Shown: positions 33,845 through 47,084, numbered from the stretch's first letter. The stretch is 64,000 bases of DNA from Fistulifera solaris (GCA_030295235.1 AP026136.1:1116001-1180000); one strand, 5' to 3'. Program-made: numbers and translations. Notes: generated from the letters alone by a model not told the origin.

Positions 33845-35059
33845 CTAAGATACTTGAGCATTTCCCATGCCATTAATTGCTTTCACGAGGCCGCCTGTTG
33901 CGCTACATAGAGCTCCTTTGAACACCACCTGCCCGTCACCGTTCGTCTTTAGATCAGGAGCCAGCGTCTCAAATATTTTTTTCTTGGCAATCTTGTTTTC
34001 GGGTTCAGGTTCCACGTCGGTTCGACCTGCAAATTTGACTCGCTCTCCCAGCGGCGCCTCGGCCGGAGGAATCACAAGTTCGACAGATCTCTTTTCTCCA
34101 TCATCTTTACTAGCACACAGAACCATCCCGTGGGAAGGGAAACCCACTAAGTTTCGTTTCTTGAGATTGCACAAAACCAGAACACGCGCATTCAGTAGAT
34201 CACTGTCTTGATAATACGGACGGAGGCCCGATGCGATTTGTCGTACTTCACCATTTCCTAAATCGATTTCTTCGCAGAAGAGCTTGTCGGCTTCCGGATG
34301 GTTCCACACTTTGACAATTTGGCCGACGCGAATATCCAGTGCCGTTATGTCAACCTCGCCTCCGTCTGACGATTCGGTCTGTTTTTCCTTGGCTGTCTTA
34401 GTCTCATCTTTCGGTGCCTTGGCGGGTTTCTCCTTGTTTGCATTTGCCTCTTTTGCGACTGTTTTCTTTTCATCTTGTTGTTGAGGTTTTCCTTTGGTAG
34501 CTTGTTTTGTCGTGGCTACTTCCTTTGCTGCTAAAATAGTTTCAATCGATTCAGTGCCATCAGCAAACCACCAACCTGACGGAGGAATGGATGCCGAGGC
34601 CAACCATGTCTGAAGGCTCGCAGGGACGGGGACTTCCACTTGCGCAGCTTGCTCAATCAAAATGGAAATACAAGCACGCATCCAGCGATCTACAGCCGTC
34701 GCTGAAACATCCGCCTTCTGTTCAATCAATGCCACCGCCAAGTCAAAGTCCGCCACGGACGGCACCGAACTCCCCGGCAACAAGAACGAATGTGTGATCA
34801 AATGCGACTGCAAAGAATCATCCATTGGTGTTCCCGCACGAATACTCGCCGCTACACTCATCCAGGCGGTCAAAGAGGCGCGTTGCAAAGCCGCCGGTGG
34901 ATTGGCTCCCGAAATGGTGGCGGCAAACATGCCTCCCGCCAAATAAAGAGGGGCGCGATCGAGGATTCCGTGCAATGCCGTAGTCACTAGCGCTCGTAAA
35001 ATAGCATTACGCTGCGTAATTGTAACAGCAGGTGTTGCATTTGTTGTTGAGAGTTGCAT
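33845..35059 (-). CDS. tRNA-binding OB-fold protein (Arc1p/AIMP1/MetRS C-terminal like)
   Basis: LDIRVGQIV, HPEADKLFCEEIDLG, RQIASGL, LCNLK and SHGMVLCAS; Lys-rich linker; possible GST-like N-domain. Start uncertain. Confidence 0.9.
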   Translation of the reverse strand: MQLSTTNATPAVTITQRNAILRALVTTALHGILDRAPLYLAGGMFAATISGANPPAALQRASLTAWMSVAASIRAGTPMDDSLQSHLITHSFLLPGSSVPSVADFDLAVALIEQKADVSATAVDRWMRACISILIEQAAQVEVPVPASLQTWLASASIPPSGWWFADGTESIETILAAKEVATTKQATKGKPQQQDEKKTVAKEANANKEKPAKAPKDETKTAKEKQTESSDGGEVDITALDIRVGQIVKVWNHPEADKLFCEEIDLGNGEVRQIASGLRPYYQDSDLLNARVLVLCNLKKRNLVGFPSHGMVLCASKDDGEKRSVELVIPPAEAPLGERVKFAGRTDVEPEPENKIAKKKIFETLAPDLKTNGDGQVVFKGALCSATGGLVKAINGMGNAQVS

Positions 35060-35569
35060 GACGTTGCTATTCTTCTTCTTGTCGACGGTAAATTTGCAGC
35101 AAGATCGCGATTTGAGTGCGGCGGTTTGAGCGATGAGATATAAAACAACATCTTTCTGGAGGATGCTTTCCGCAATAGTCAGCTCGCAAAGAGATGCTCC
35201 GGTCATTTATACTAGAGGAATATTCCAAAAGCTATGATAATCTGATAAGAGATACGGAGTATTGTTTATGCTTCAATGATGAGTGCAATACCAGGTACAA
35301 GTACTTGTAATGCAAAATGAATCCGCTCATCGTCGATCGTCGTATCAAAAAGCAAAACGAACGAACGGTGAAGAGCAATGCAAGTTTACTATAAATGCAA
35401 AATGTTGGCTGTTGGCTCCTTTTCTCACGACTCACCTGATCTTCAGTCCCGTCCAGCACGCATGTTTTTCACTTTATCCATTCGTCGTGTTTGAAGACGC
35501 AGAAAGCGACTATTTTCATTGACTCGTTATTATACGACTTTTTCCACCAACCCTTCAAATAAGAAGAAA

Positions 35570-36211
35570 ATGACGACACGAGCGGCGTCTGCTGCATTCA
35601 ATCTCCAAGCCAAACAGGAACTGGTGAAATTATTATTCGGAAAACAGTACTGTCGAAAAGGCCCCGTGGCCCATCGTATGCTCGATCATTCGATTTACTC
35701 GTACGAAGATTTGCGGTCGGCTTATTTGAAGCGTGTACAAGAAATTCATCCCGACAAGCACCATCACCACCACAATGAGAGTCAGAATCGTCTCGAACGG
35801 CAACAACAATTTATTCAGTTACAAGATGCTTGGAGTCGTTTTGAAGAATTGGCCAAAGTCATGAGAACAGTCCACCAACATCACCGGGAGAAAACACATC
35901 ACAATTTTACTCTATTCGGTGTAGGATGTTCTTTTGCCGATTCGGAACAGGAACGCAACCTGAGAAACCACTTTACCGATCAAGCCTGTCGGGGATGGTT
36001 TAGTGCGGGGGCACTGAGCCCCGACAATTCGATGGATGATTCGTTAAGAAATAATGACACTGTATCGACTTATGAACCTTTATTTGTGCAGGACGAAGAA
36101 GAAACTATAAGAGAAGAAGATATGGAAACTGGCCGGGATACTATCGGTACGGCCAATCACAATGAACAACCACAGGCTGCGATGGAATTTTTGCGTCGAT
36201 CTCAAAGATAG
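35570..36211 (+). CDS. J-domain (DnaJ) protein
   Basis: DLRSAYLKRVQEIHPDK...FIQLQDAW. Confidence 0.82.
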   Translation: MTTRAASAAFNLQAKQELVKLLFGKQYCRKGPVAHRMLDHSIYSYEDLRSAYLKRVQEIHPDKHHHHHNESQNRLERQQQFIQLQDAWSRFEELAKVMRTVHQHHREKTHHNFTLFGVGCSFADSEQERNLRNHFTDQACRGWFSAGALSPDNSMDDSLRNNDTVSTYEPLFVQDEEETIREEDMETGRDTIGTANHNEQPQAAMEFLRRSQR

Positions 36212-36763
36212 TATAATTCTTGACAAAACCATAGTTTTAAAGAGGTTAGAGTGACTTGCTTTTGTCGTGTACTGGTAAGGTTGTAAAAAAAATAAACTAG
36301 GTCTATGGGTCTGATTATTTTCTCTAGAAGAATCTAGAACGAAATCGTATTAGAGTTAAAGGTGCACATTCGTCGCGACGTGCATTTTCATCTAGTACTA
36401 CTGCATTTTCATTGAGGGTTAAGGTCAAAAGAAGTTGACGTTGGCTGGAGCTGGAGGTTCCTGACTCCTGACTTCTTGACGTCGCCAGTTTGAAACGAAT
36501 GGATTTTACACTATTACCGAGAGTAATTTAGTCGTAGTACTGGTGTCTGACGTGGGATGAACTTTCATGTGACGTTTTGAAGTCCAATCTGGGGTCGATC
36601 TTTCGTTTGGAACTGGAAACTTCGCTTTTCTCGATGACAAGAAAGAAAGAGGGCCGAGCAACTTCTTGTTCTCTTTTTTTTTACCTCAAGTGGTTTTAGC
36701 ACAATGGTAACGAGCGATCTTTCACACTCCTCTACTTCTTCTTTTCTCTCTCAGTATACAAGC

Positions 36764-37962
36764 ATGTTGTTTCGATCCGTCACTTCCGCTGTATTCCGTA
36801 GCTCAACGATGACGGCGGGTCGCACGAAACTCTCGCAACATGTGCCGCGCGCCAGTTTCTCGGTCATGTCCGATGCCATTCAGTCGTTGAAGGGTGTGCA
36901 CTTTGTCTCAACGGATCAATTAAGGTGAGTCAAATCTGTTTATCTTCTTTAGGAGAGCTGAATGAGCTGAGGAGCTCGCCGCTAATAACCGACATTTTGC
37001 ATTCGAATGAACCGTCGCATGTCTGACACTTTTCTCGAATCTTGTCTTCTGATTCTCACAGCAAAGAAGAATTGCAAGGCTTGCTAGATCTTTCTAAATA
37101 TTACAAAGAAACGTACAAGGCCAAGGGAGGATTAAAACCGAAGCCACTCGAAGGCGATTCGATGGCCATGATCTTTCAAAAGCGTTCGACACGAACCCGT
37201 GTTTCGACCGAGACGGGCATCGCCATGATGGGCGGGCACGCTCTATTCTTGGGTCCTTCCGATATTCAGCTCGGAGTCAACGAAAGTATGCGCGATACTG
37301 CCTTGGTTCTCTCGCGATTCAACTCCATCATTCTGGCTCGTGTGTACAGTCACAATGATATCGCCGAATTAGCCAAATACGCGACCGTCCCCGTCATCAA
37401 CGCCCTATCGGATCTGCACCATCCGTTACAGTCGCTGGCCGATCTGATGACTCTACAAGAACACTTTGGAAAGGACTTGTCGGGAAAGACAGTCGCGTGG
37501 GTCGGTGACGGTAACAATGTATTGCACGACTTGGCACTCGGTTCGGCGATTCTGGGCATGAATGTCAATATTGCCACTCCGGCGGGCTTTGAATGCAACC
37601 CGACAATCTTGGCCAAGGTCAAAGAACTAGCTGCCAAGCACGGAGGAAAAGTCATGACGACTTCGGTGGCTGCCGATGCGGTGGCGAATGCGGATGTCGT
37701 AGTGACCGACACGTGGGTCAGCATGGGACAGGAAGCTGAATATGCGGCCCGCTTAAAAGCGTTCGATGGATACCAAGTCAACAAAGAGCTTATGAGCAAG
37801 GCCAACCCGAACGCTGTATTCTTGCACTGCCTTCCTCGTCATCCGGAGGAAGTGGCGGATGAAGTCTTTTACTCTCCTCAGTCCTTGGTCTTTGATGAAG
37901 CCGAAAACCGAATGTGGACCGTCATGGCGGTGGCGGCGGCTCAGTTGGGTAAAGTCGAATGA
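36764..37962 (+). CDS. OTC: Ornithine carbamoyltransferase, mitochondrial (urea-cycle type); 2 exons
   Basis: STRTR, HPLQ, DGNNV, DTWVSMG and HCLP motifs; intron 36925-37061; presequence MLFRSVTSAVFRS. Confidence 0.97.
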
Positions 37963-38143
37963 AAAAGGAACGATTCTATTCTGTCGACGCCCTTGTAGCT
38001 TGTAGAACACTTGTTAGTCATTTCATTAGAACTATAACAACATAAAGGATTCCATATTCTACTTATTATAGTCTCAATAGTGGAATAAGGATTCGACGAG
38101 AGACACTCTTACTGCCATTAGGGACTTCTTACAATTAAGACTT

Positions 38144-39516
38144 TCAAATTTCCAACAAGAGCTTGGCAGGATCACTAATCTTCTCGGCAATGCTTTTCAA
38201 GAAAGTGACACCCTCTCGTCCGTCAATTAAACGATGATCGTACGTCAACGCCAGGTACATCATCGGTCTCGCAATAATTTCACCGGTTTTCGGGTCAACC
38301 ACGGGCCGCATTTTCGTGGCATGCATACCCAAAATGGCCGATTGTGGCGGATTGAGGATCGGCGTTCCCATGAGTGACCCAAAGACACCACCATTGCTGA
38401 TCGTAAAAGTACCACCCGCCATATCGTCCAAGCTCAATGTTCCGTTCTTGGCTTTTTCCGCGTACATGGCAATGTTGCGTTCAACGTCCGCGAATCCCAT
38501 GGTTTCAGTATTACGCAAGACGGGAACGACCAAGCCCGCTGGACTGGCAACCGCTACGCTGATATCGACATACTCACGGTAAACAATTTCCTTGTTTTCA
38601 TCGTCCATGTACGCATTGACAGCCGGCAATTCTTGCAAGGCGGCCGTCGCAGCCTTGACGAACGCACTCATAAAGCCGAGTTTGACATCATGCTTTTTGA
38701 AGAACTCATCTTTGTATTTGTTGCGCATTTCCATGAGATTTCCCATGTCACATTCTTGAAAGGTCGTCAACATGGCGGCGGTGTTTTGAGCGTCCTTCAA
38801 CCGAGCGGCGACACGCTGACGCATTCGACTCATCTTGGTGCGACGTTCCGTGCGCTGTCCCAAAAACAAAGTTTGTTCGGAAATGGGAGCTGCCGGAGGC
38901 GACGATTTCGCTGCCGAGGAAGTTTGCTTGGCGGGAGCGGGGGGAGCTGAAGAAGAAGAAGCAGCAGCCGGTGGAGGTTGAGGTGCGGCGGCTGGTGGTG
39001 CTGCCTTGGGCGCCGGTGGTGCTTCTTCAATGCTATGAGCAACCTCTTCCGGAACAGGTGGTTGAGAGCTGCTTTCCGGTGCGTCAGCATCTGTATCGAT
39101 ACGGAAGAGAGCGCTACCGACCTCTACGACATCATCTACTTCTCCCAAAACTTCGACCAGTGCACCGGCAACAGGAGCTCGGACATCTACCGAGACTTTA
39201 TCTGTCTCTAGAACCACAACTACGTCATCCACTTGCAAGAAATCTCCCGGTCCTACAGGGATATCGACAATTGTTCCTTCGGTAATCGAATCTCCCATAG
39301 TCGGAACCTGGTTGCATGTCAAACATGAGAAGAAGTTTATCACAGAGTCAATGCAACTATTCACACATTGTGACGTACCTCGATCGTTTTGACGGGCATA
39401 TTCCAAGCTGCTGTTGGTGATACGAAATGCCTTCGAATGACGGGAAGAACTGCCGTCGTTCGCTGCAGTATTGCTAGCCGATGATTCGACACGATAAATT
39501 TTGCTCGTCCCAACAT
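38144..39516 (-). CDS. DLST: 2-oxoglutarate dehydrogenase E2 (dihydrolipoamide succinyltransferase); 2 exons
   Basis: Lipoyl domain ETDKVSV and catalytic DHRLIDG. Exon 1 (39379-39516) encodes the presequence MLGRAK...; intron 39308-39378, phase 0. Confidence 0.97.
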
Positions 39517-40602
39517 GATAGTGAATGAAATGCTGCGCCAATGTCTTTCAATGCCTCTTATGAACCTTCGCTTATCGATTTTTTGATGCTCGCCTTCTCA
39601 GCAGATGGTCCAAGGCTATGGTCAATCTGCAATGATGCTCAGCTAATGTTGAGTTGATGTTAAAAGATGTTACAATGGACGTGAAGGGTGAAAGAGGCGA
39701 AAGCGAGAGAAGGCGAACCTCTGCGATCCAAAAAAATCTTCTTCCGGTCTTTCCGTTCGAGTTCGGTAACATTCTACATCATACTAGAGACGATCGTAAG
39801 ATATCGTACAGTGTCTCAACTAGTGGCTCAGGACTGAAAATCTAGTCGTATACGAGTAAGATATACTCCGATGTTTCCTAAGAGCCGAAGTTAACGCACT
39901 CTATCCAGCCCTAATATACAAACTAGATTAAAAAAAGCTAGAGGGGACCCTATTCGATGTTGGGCTACTGGATTATAAACGCGTGTCGAAGAATAGAACA
40001 AGCCCGTCATAGAGGGTTATGTTGGTTGCAGGATTTTAATCATACCAAACAACGATCAAAGGATAATAACTTTTGCATCGATTGAACAGATAATGCAGCG
40101 GAAGACTTGGACCCTGAAAGTGTCTCAACTGCCATAGTTTTATCGGTTGTGCTTTTGTGAGGCGGTTCTGGCTGTCTGGTCCATGCTCGTCAAAAGATTC
40201 TTATCGCATGTTGTAACTGAATTCGGAAACGAGGAAGAGCAGCTATTTTGAAAAAATCTTCATCATCGTTTCGATCACATCCTATCAAATGAGAGCTTTA
40301 AGTCGTTTTATTTGTCTCACCGTGTACTACCTGGTACTGACTAATCCCAAATATTGTTGAATCATCACGGTCATTAAGAACGTTAACAAAAAACCTGCTC
40401 AACGATCAACGATGTCTCCCATACAAAGTACAGTGGAGTGCAGTGCAGTGGTAAGGTTACGAAATGTGCCAACTGTCCGTCCATCCGTCCTATTGCAGCA
40501 AAACGCGACGAAAACCGAACGCGCTGCTTTTTATTCATGTCGATAGTCTCTGTTGCTTTCCATAACGAACTGTTCTATTTGCTTGCAATCATTCCATCCA
40601 TT

Positions 40603-41000
40603 ATGCTTAATACTAGCAAAGCGTTTGCTCCCCTTGCGCGGGGATCTATGCAACAACGTCGGACATTTATCAATTGGATGACCAACTATCCCGACAAGGT
40701 GAGTTTGCTTTTTTAAAAGGACAAAACGCCGTTATCATCGAAATTGAAAACGTCGCATTTTAATTGAGATTTTCAATTATCTATGTAAATAAAACTGACG
40801 ATTTTCTTGTCTCTTCTGATGCGCAGATTGTGGAACTGAAGCGAGCACACCAAGTCGGTGGTCGATCGACCTTCACTTGGCTCAAGCAACCGCAAGACAA
40901 GATGGTCACGGCGGTAGGTGCGACTCTTATGACAATCGGATTTCTTCAGCTCATTCCGGGATATTACCGTTTGGCGTCTGGAAAAGGAAAGCTTGAGTAA
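40603..41000 (+). CDS. Small mitochondrial membrane protein, cytochrome c oxidase subunit VII(a)-like; 2 exons
   Basis: Presequence ending RRTF; intron 40699-40826; DKIVELKRAHQ...TWLK..QD followed by a single TM. Confidence 0.65.
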
Positions 41001-41286
41001 GAAGAGAAAGGAGCACCAGAATACTTTTGCCGAAATTGTAGTACAACAGTAGGATAGAGAGAGAGGGTAACGTGTTGCTCGAAAGAACTAACAGTAAACA
41101 TTTTCTTTTTCTTGGAGTTGAAGCTTTGTTATTTCTGATTATAATAATACCGTGAAATGAATCAAGTGCTGGGAAGTCTGTAAAAATGGAAAAAAATACG
41201 GTTACGGATAGAAGAAATCTTCTTATAGCATTCTTTACTCCTTTCGAGCTTCATTATCTCCTTCTCCGAATGTGCGGCTAGCGCGT

Positions 41287-42258
41287 TTATTCCTTGGGTT
41301 TACTGGCAATCTTCTTGTAATCCCACTGGACTCGAACCGGCGGAAACTGTCCTGATCGTATGGCCCGAATCGTTTCGGTGATTTCATCATGTGTATTCAA
41401 GACAATAGGACCATGCCAGGAAATAGGTTGACGCAACTTGCGACCAGCAAAGACCATGACATGTGCTCCTTTGGTACTTGCTTTCAATTCAATGTGTCGC
41501 TTGTCAGGCATCGACGCGTCCATGAGAATGACAGAACCCCGAGGGATTGCACTCGATTGTGAATGACTACCCGTTTGGTGATTCAAGTGAGTTAATTCTC
41601 CGTCATACACATACAAGATGGTTGTATCGAAATCGCCCCCAATGGGAAACGAGACTTCATCTGAGGGCTGTAATTCGAAATCCATCATTTGAACTGGTTG
41701 CACCGTATCAAACGGCCCTTTCGTTCCAAATGCTTCTCCTGCCAGTACACGGACCGTGCTCTTTCCTCCATTCAATGGCAAAGCGGGAAGATCAGGAGTC
41801 GGAACCGTGCCGTAGCGCGGATCCAATTGTTTTTTATTCGCCGGCACATTGATCCATATTTGAAAGCCTTCCACCTCTTGCCCTGCCGGTGTAGCCCCTC
41901 CTTCCGCATGCTCTACACCGGAACCCGTCGAGATCCACTGCATACCCGGCGCCTCAAAAGTTTCACGATTTCCCAGTGAATCCCCGTGGCGTCCGAAACC
42001 TTTCTTCAAATAGGAACAAATATCGAAACCCGAGTGGGGATGCCAGTTGATTGGGAAATCGTCCGGATGTTGAGCCACACCCGTGGAAGGTGAATCAAAG
42101 TAGTCACACATAAGAAACGGATCCGACTGCTCTGAAGGTATCGGGTTGGGAAAAGCTTGTTTGACCGTCCGTTTATCGCCAAATGGATGTGACACGCCTT
42201 GACGTGTGATGATCTGAATGGGCATGAGTGTTGCGAGTGCAGCTTGTGGGTCGGTCAT
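41287..42258 (-). CDS. Pirin-family bicupin
   Basis: DPFLMCD, HPHSGF, HGDSLGN, GSGVEHAE, FQIWIN and HGPIV motifs. Confidence 0.95.
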   Translation of the reverse strand: MTDPQAALATLMPIQIITRQGVSHPFGDKRTVKQAFPNPIPSEQSDPFLMCDYFDSPSTGVAQHPDDFPINWHPHSGFDICSYLKKGFGRHGDSLGNRETFEAPGMQWISTGSGVEHAEGGATPAGQEVEGFQIWINVPANKKQLDPRYGTVPTPDLPALPLNGGKSTVRVLAGEAFGTKGPFDTVQPVQMMDFELQPSDEVSFPIGGDFDTTILYVYDGELTHLNHQTGSHSQSSAIPRGSVILMDASMPDKRHIELKASTKGAHVMVFAGRKLRQPISWHGPIVLNTHDEITETIRAIRSGQFPPVRVQWDYKKIASKPKE

Positions 42259-42681
42259 GGTTTATTATGACTGCTCTTTCTAGTTACCAGGTACGGCGTT
42301 TTCACTAAAGGATGTATCAATGTTATGATGAAAAGAAACAGATAGTATTGTGACCATTCTTCAACATGATTTGAAAGAATAAAAGGAATGAAACGAATGA
42401 AAAAGCTGGTTGACCCGAAGATCGAAGAACTTCCGACGATCGCATCGCGTCACAAGTAAAAAGTCTATTCGTGTCGCACCGGTTTTATTATCATTGTCCG
42501 CGCCGCCATCAGAAAGAAGCGTCCGCCGCGAGAAACTGGAAAAACTGCAAAAATGATGCGAAAGTCAGCTCGTACCTTAGCAGGGTGCATTGTATCTCAT
42601 AATACTCTTTATCATTCAATTACCGCGATAGATTGTCTCATTACTTTCTAAGAACCCATCAGTTTGATAGGAGGACGCGGA

Positions 42682-44121
42682 ATGACGACTAAAACACAAC
42701 AACATATGGATGATGATTATTTATCAAATGCTTCCCCATCGAAGCGAACTCGCCTCGAACTGTCACCTCTCTACAATCCCGAATTACTTCCCGACGAACT
42801 CAAGAATGTTGACTTTACACAACGCATCACGTGGGGAAAATATGCTCCCTATACTGAAGAAGTCTTGCCGCTGAAAGCTCTGGATGCACCCGCGACTCCG
42901 CAGCACCGACTGGAATTGCATATACACAATTTGTCGAATCGAGCACGCGCGGGCACCATTCATTTACAGCGACCATCATCACGGCCTATTCCTACACCCA
43001 TGTTCATGCCGGTGGGTACGAAAGGATGTTTGAAAGGTGTCACTATTGATGAATTGATGCATTGTTTGGATTGTCCCATCATTTTAGGGAATACGTATCA
43101 TCTCGCCATTCAACCGGGGACAGAACTTATTCGTGAGCAAGGTCAATTGCGAAAGTTTCAAGGAAATGGGAACCACAATCTTCTCACGGATTCGGGAGGG
43201 TTTCAAATGGTATCGCTTTCGAAGTTATCGAATGTTACGGAAGAGGGTGTCACCTTTGAGAATCCATTCGCCAAAGGCGAAACGATGTTACTCAAACCAG
43301 AAGATTCCATCCGTCATCAGACCAACATTGGGGCAGATATTATTATGGCCCTGGATGATGTTGTCAGCAGTGTGATTGCCGATGATGATCGGTTTCGAGA
43401 GGCAACGTACCGTACTTTGCGATGGTACGATCGATGCTTACAGGCCAAGGACGAAGGTGATCCGGATCATCAACAAAATCTCTTTCCCATCGTTCAAGGT
43501 GGACTGGATACGGGGTTGGGTGGGTTACGAGAACAATGCCTTGCTGGATTCCGGAACCGCGATCAAGATATAGCTGGATTTGCCATTGGAGGATTGGCCG
43601 GAGGCGAGTCCAAGGATGACTTCTGGAGAGTCGTCAATCAGTGTTGCAAGTCACTGCCCGATGACCGACCACGCTATTTGATGGGAGTGGGTTATCCACT
43701 CGACTTGGTTGTTTGTACCGCACTCGGTGTTGACATGTACGATTGTGTTTATCCGACGCGCACGGCGCGCTTTGGTGTGGCTTTAATCAATGGTGGAACT
43801 TGTAAACTCAAAGCACAAGCGTGCGCGACGGATTTTCGAATCATTCAGGAGAACTGTAAATGTCAAGCCTGTCAACGAGGAATCACTCGATCGCGGTTGC
43901 ACTTCATGTACAAAACGGGGAATCCGGTTGCGGTGCAGTTGTTGACGCAACACAATCTGGCTTACATGATGCAACTGGTGGGTGATATGCGAAACGCTAT
44001 ACTGGAGAACCGATATCCGGAATATGCACGAGCATTTGTGAAAAACATGTTTGTCGAAGAAGCAATACCTGGTTGGGTGGTGGATGCATTGAATGAAGCT
44101 GGCGTTTCGATGCATGAGTGA
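42682..44121 (+). CDS. QTRT1: Queuine tRNA-ribosyltransferase catalytic subunit
   Basis: FMPVGT, LGNTYHL, LTDSGGFQMVSL, PRYLMGVG, DCVYPTR and the CxCxxC...H zinc site. Confidence 0.97.
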   Translation: MTTKTQQHMDDDYLSNASPSKRTRLELSPLYNPELLPDELKNVDFTQRITWGKYAPYTEEVLPLKALDAPATPQHRLELHIHNLSNRARAGTIHLQRPSSRPIPTPMFMPVGTKGCLKGVTIDELMHCLDCPIILGNTYHLAIQPGTELIREQGQLRKFQGNGNHNLLTDSGGFQMVSLSKLSNVTEEGVTFENPFAKGETMLLKPEDSIRHQTNIGADIIMALDDVVSSVIADDDRFREATYRTLRWYDRCLQAKDEGDPDHQQNLFPIVQGGLDTGLGGLREQCLAGFRNRDQDIAGFAIGGLAGGESKDDFWRVVNQCCKSLPDDRPRYLMGVGYPLDLVVCTALGVDMYDCVYPTRTARFGVALINGGTCKLKAQACATDFRIIQENCKCQACQRGITRSRLHFMYKTGNPVAVQLLTQHNLAYMMQLVGDMRNAILENRYPEYARAFVKNMFVEEAIPGWVVDALNEAGVSMHE

Positions 44122-44217
44122 ACGACTGATCGTCGACTTCTTTGTGGAATTACAGCGTTCACCGGATAAGAGCTCATTATAAAAACTAAATGTCTACTGA
44201 TAGGATTATAGATCAAT

Positions 44218-45447
44218 CTATTGACTTTCGGCTTCGACTGCCTTGTGCGGGCCATCGTATACTGAGAAATCAGTGTATCCTTTGGCTCCAGTTGGCGCAT
44301 ACCAGGTCTCGTAAGCGGCCTCGGGCTCCAAAGGCCAATTGTGCGTGAAACGCTCCACGAGGTCAGGGTTCGAAATGTACAAGCGACCAAACGCGCAGAG
44401 ATCCGCAGCACCCGAGCGGACCATTCCCTCGGCCGTGTCTTTGTTCAAACCGACGTTGCACATAATGGGGCCGTCGAATACTTTACGAAAGTCGGCGACA
44501 GTGACGACCTTGCATTTGTTGTGGAATCCAAAACCGAGTCCATCCATGACGTGCAAGTAGGCCGGCTTGTATTCGTTCATGACCTTGGCGAAATAGGGGA
44601 ACGCAACATCGTTGTCTTCACTGCCCATGTCTCCAAAGACACCATTGGGCGAAAAGCGGAAACCAATACGGTTGGCTGCGTACGCACCACTTTCCACAAT
44701 GGCCTCGAAGATTTCCTTCAAGATACGAATTCGGTTGTCAAGACTGCCTCCATAGTTGTCCGTGCGTTTGTTCGTGGAAGACTGAAGGAACGTATCAATA
44801 AGGTAACCATTGGCCGCATGAATCTCAATTCCGTCGAAACCGGCTTCTTTCGCGAGCTTGGCGGCATTGACGTAGTCGGCAATCGTCGCCTTGATCTCGT
44901 CGACGGTCAACTCCGAAGGGACTTCGGCTTCCGCATCTTCACCATTAATGGTTCGTACCTTGACACCAGACATGGCGATAGGCGAGGGAGCGAAAGTCTT
45001 GTTGGTAGACGGATGGTGAGAAGAATGTGACTGACGACCCATATGCCAAAATTGCATAAAGATGATTCCTTCCTTCGCATGAACGGCGTCAACTACCTTC
45101 TTCCATCCTTCCACATTCTCCGGAAAACGAATGTGGGGGCGTTGCGCCAGCCACAACCGGCCTCCGAAATGGCCGTAGCTTCGGTGATGAGCAAACCGCC
45201 CGAAGCCCGCTGGGTGTAGTATTCGACCATGAGATCATTGGGAGTAGTGCACACAACGTCAAAAGGATCCTCGGTAGGAGTGCATCTGCAAGATTCACAA
45301 GATCACGAGCGAGTTAGTTTGATGCAGGCTCCTTCACATAATGGAAACGACTATTCACTTGACCTACCGACCACGAGTCAAAGGAGCAAGAACAACACGG
45401 TTCTTGAGCTCAAGATCTCCGATAGTGAATTTGGATAGAAGCTGCAT
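44218..45447 (-). CDS. Old yellow enzyme family NADH:flavin oxidoreductase; 2 exons, one apparent indel
   Basis: NRVVLAPLTRGR, EIHAANGYL, NKRTDNYGGS and FGRLYISNPDL; intron 45286-45367; frame break at G-run 45135-45139. Confidence 0.95.
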
Positions 45448-46435
45448 GTCGCAAAGTTCTTTTATTAATATTAGAAAAGAAGAAACGAGAATTAATAGGC
45501 AATTGAGTGGTCGATAGAATTTATGTTTCGTGTGATGAGTGATGACGATGATGATGTGGCTGCGATCGGAATGACATACTTCGCCGATCGCCGCCACTCT
45601 GTTCTTTTTTCTTCGAATTTGTTCCGATTTTCCGTCGTAATTCGAAAACGTTCAATTTTGTTCATGGTGACGATGCTGTCGGAACGGTATACAAGATGAA
45701 GACTGAGTTCTTGTCACGTGTCATCAATGGTCGTTTGATTAATTTACATTGATCACGTTGTGTCTCTCGCATTCGCAGCTTTTTCATCCTAGCCTCTTAA
45801 TGCAGCAAAAATTACCAATGTTCTTTTGGAATGCGTTATCAATCATTTTCGTCGAAACTCTTCTTGTATTCTGCAATTCAGGACGCATTATAGAAGAAAT
45901 TTTTGGTTTTACGAAGTCACGACTGGTTCTAGCTACAAGTCATGGAAGATTTTCCATTTACGTAGAGGCTGCCGAGCTGAAGTTGTATTTTTAGCAAAGA
46001 TGTGCTTTATACATAACTCTCGGAAGGATTACATGATGTAACCACAATACACAGGTCCTCTGGTCTCAAAGTGTTGACGACCGATAGTATCATTAGTATG
46101 CAGACTTCAGTTTCTAGTGCTTATGAGTAGGTCTATTTATAACCTCAGTCTGATGGAAACAGTTGAAAGCTTCATGCGATTATGTTGTAATTTCACCGAA
46201 GACATGTTTTCAGAGTCAGCACTCACTTCTTCTCATGAAGTTAATCAGATCACGTCCTAATCGTGCTGGCACCTGTCGGAATTGTTTTATCTTGCTTATT
46301 CTAATTTCGACACATGTGGTCGAGTCTTTCCGGGGGGTCAATTCAAGTTACTTAGAGGTTCTTGCGTAACAAGTCCAGCTTTCCAGTTCTCACGCGTGTG
46401 CATTACTTTCACTAACATACTTTTCTGCATTGCAG

Positions 46436-46999
46436 CTAGAACCAGTTCGTGTATTCCATACTCCTCGCTGTCAGCACGGATGGGCTGACAGTCTCGGATC
46501 TCTTTTTTCTGGAAGTAGCGTTTGTCCTGCTGTTTAATTTCGTGCTCTTCATTGATAGTTGCCGAGAGTTTTGAATGCACAATACTTCCTCCTCAAAGTC
46601 TTCCAGGAACGACTTTGAGCGATTGTCACCCGTGATCGATGCTCTCTCCAAAGCGGAAAGTCGACGGACTTGCTTGTCCGCAGCGGTAAGCTTTTCGTAG
46701 GTGTCGATGTCGAAAGTCTGTGAATTATTTTTGTTCCAGTCCAACTGAAGAGGCAAGCCACCACTCACGGACGGGTTGTCACCGCAAATGAGATCGTGGT
46801 GATGAACCTTTACTGTGGAAAAAGATATGCGGGACGATCGAGTATTTCTTCGACTGGTGTTCGTTGTGCTGCTCGAGTCAGATGAGTTTCTACGCAACTG
46901 GATGGCGGATAGTGACGCCGTTAAAGGCTGAATTGACTCGCCGCTGTCAGTCATTTGATGGTAATTCATCGCTGTTAAATTGTAAGAAAATGGTTTCAC
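46436..46999 (-). CDS. Hypothetical protein of a diatom-type family
   Basis: ISFSTVKV...GDNPSVSGGLPLQLDW...DIDTYE motif. Boundaries uncertain. Confidence 0.65.
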   Translation of the reverse strand: MKPFSYNLTAMNYHQMTDSGESIQPLTASLSAIQLRRNSSDSSSTTNTSRRNTRSSRISFSTVKVHHHDLICGDNPSVSGGLPLQLDWNKNNSQTFDIDTYEKLTAADKQVRRLSALERASITGDNRSKSFLEDFEEEVLCIQNSRQLSMKSTKLNSRTNATSRKKRSETVSPSVLTARSMEYTNWF

Positions 47000-47084
47000 C
47001 TATTTGTGTTGACTGGGCTGCGATGTTTGTTTCGCCTTTCCTTTGACAATGACACAACGAGATACAAGACAAGATGTTTGGCTG

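Noticed and set aside
44341..45030. 229-aa plus-strand ORF (and similar shadow ORFs over OTC, DLST, PHD and RING genes)
   Set aside because: Antisense or alternate-frame shadows of well-supported genes, with no motifs of their own.
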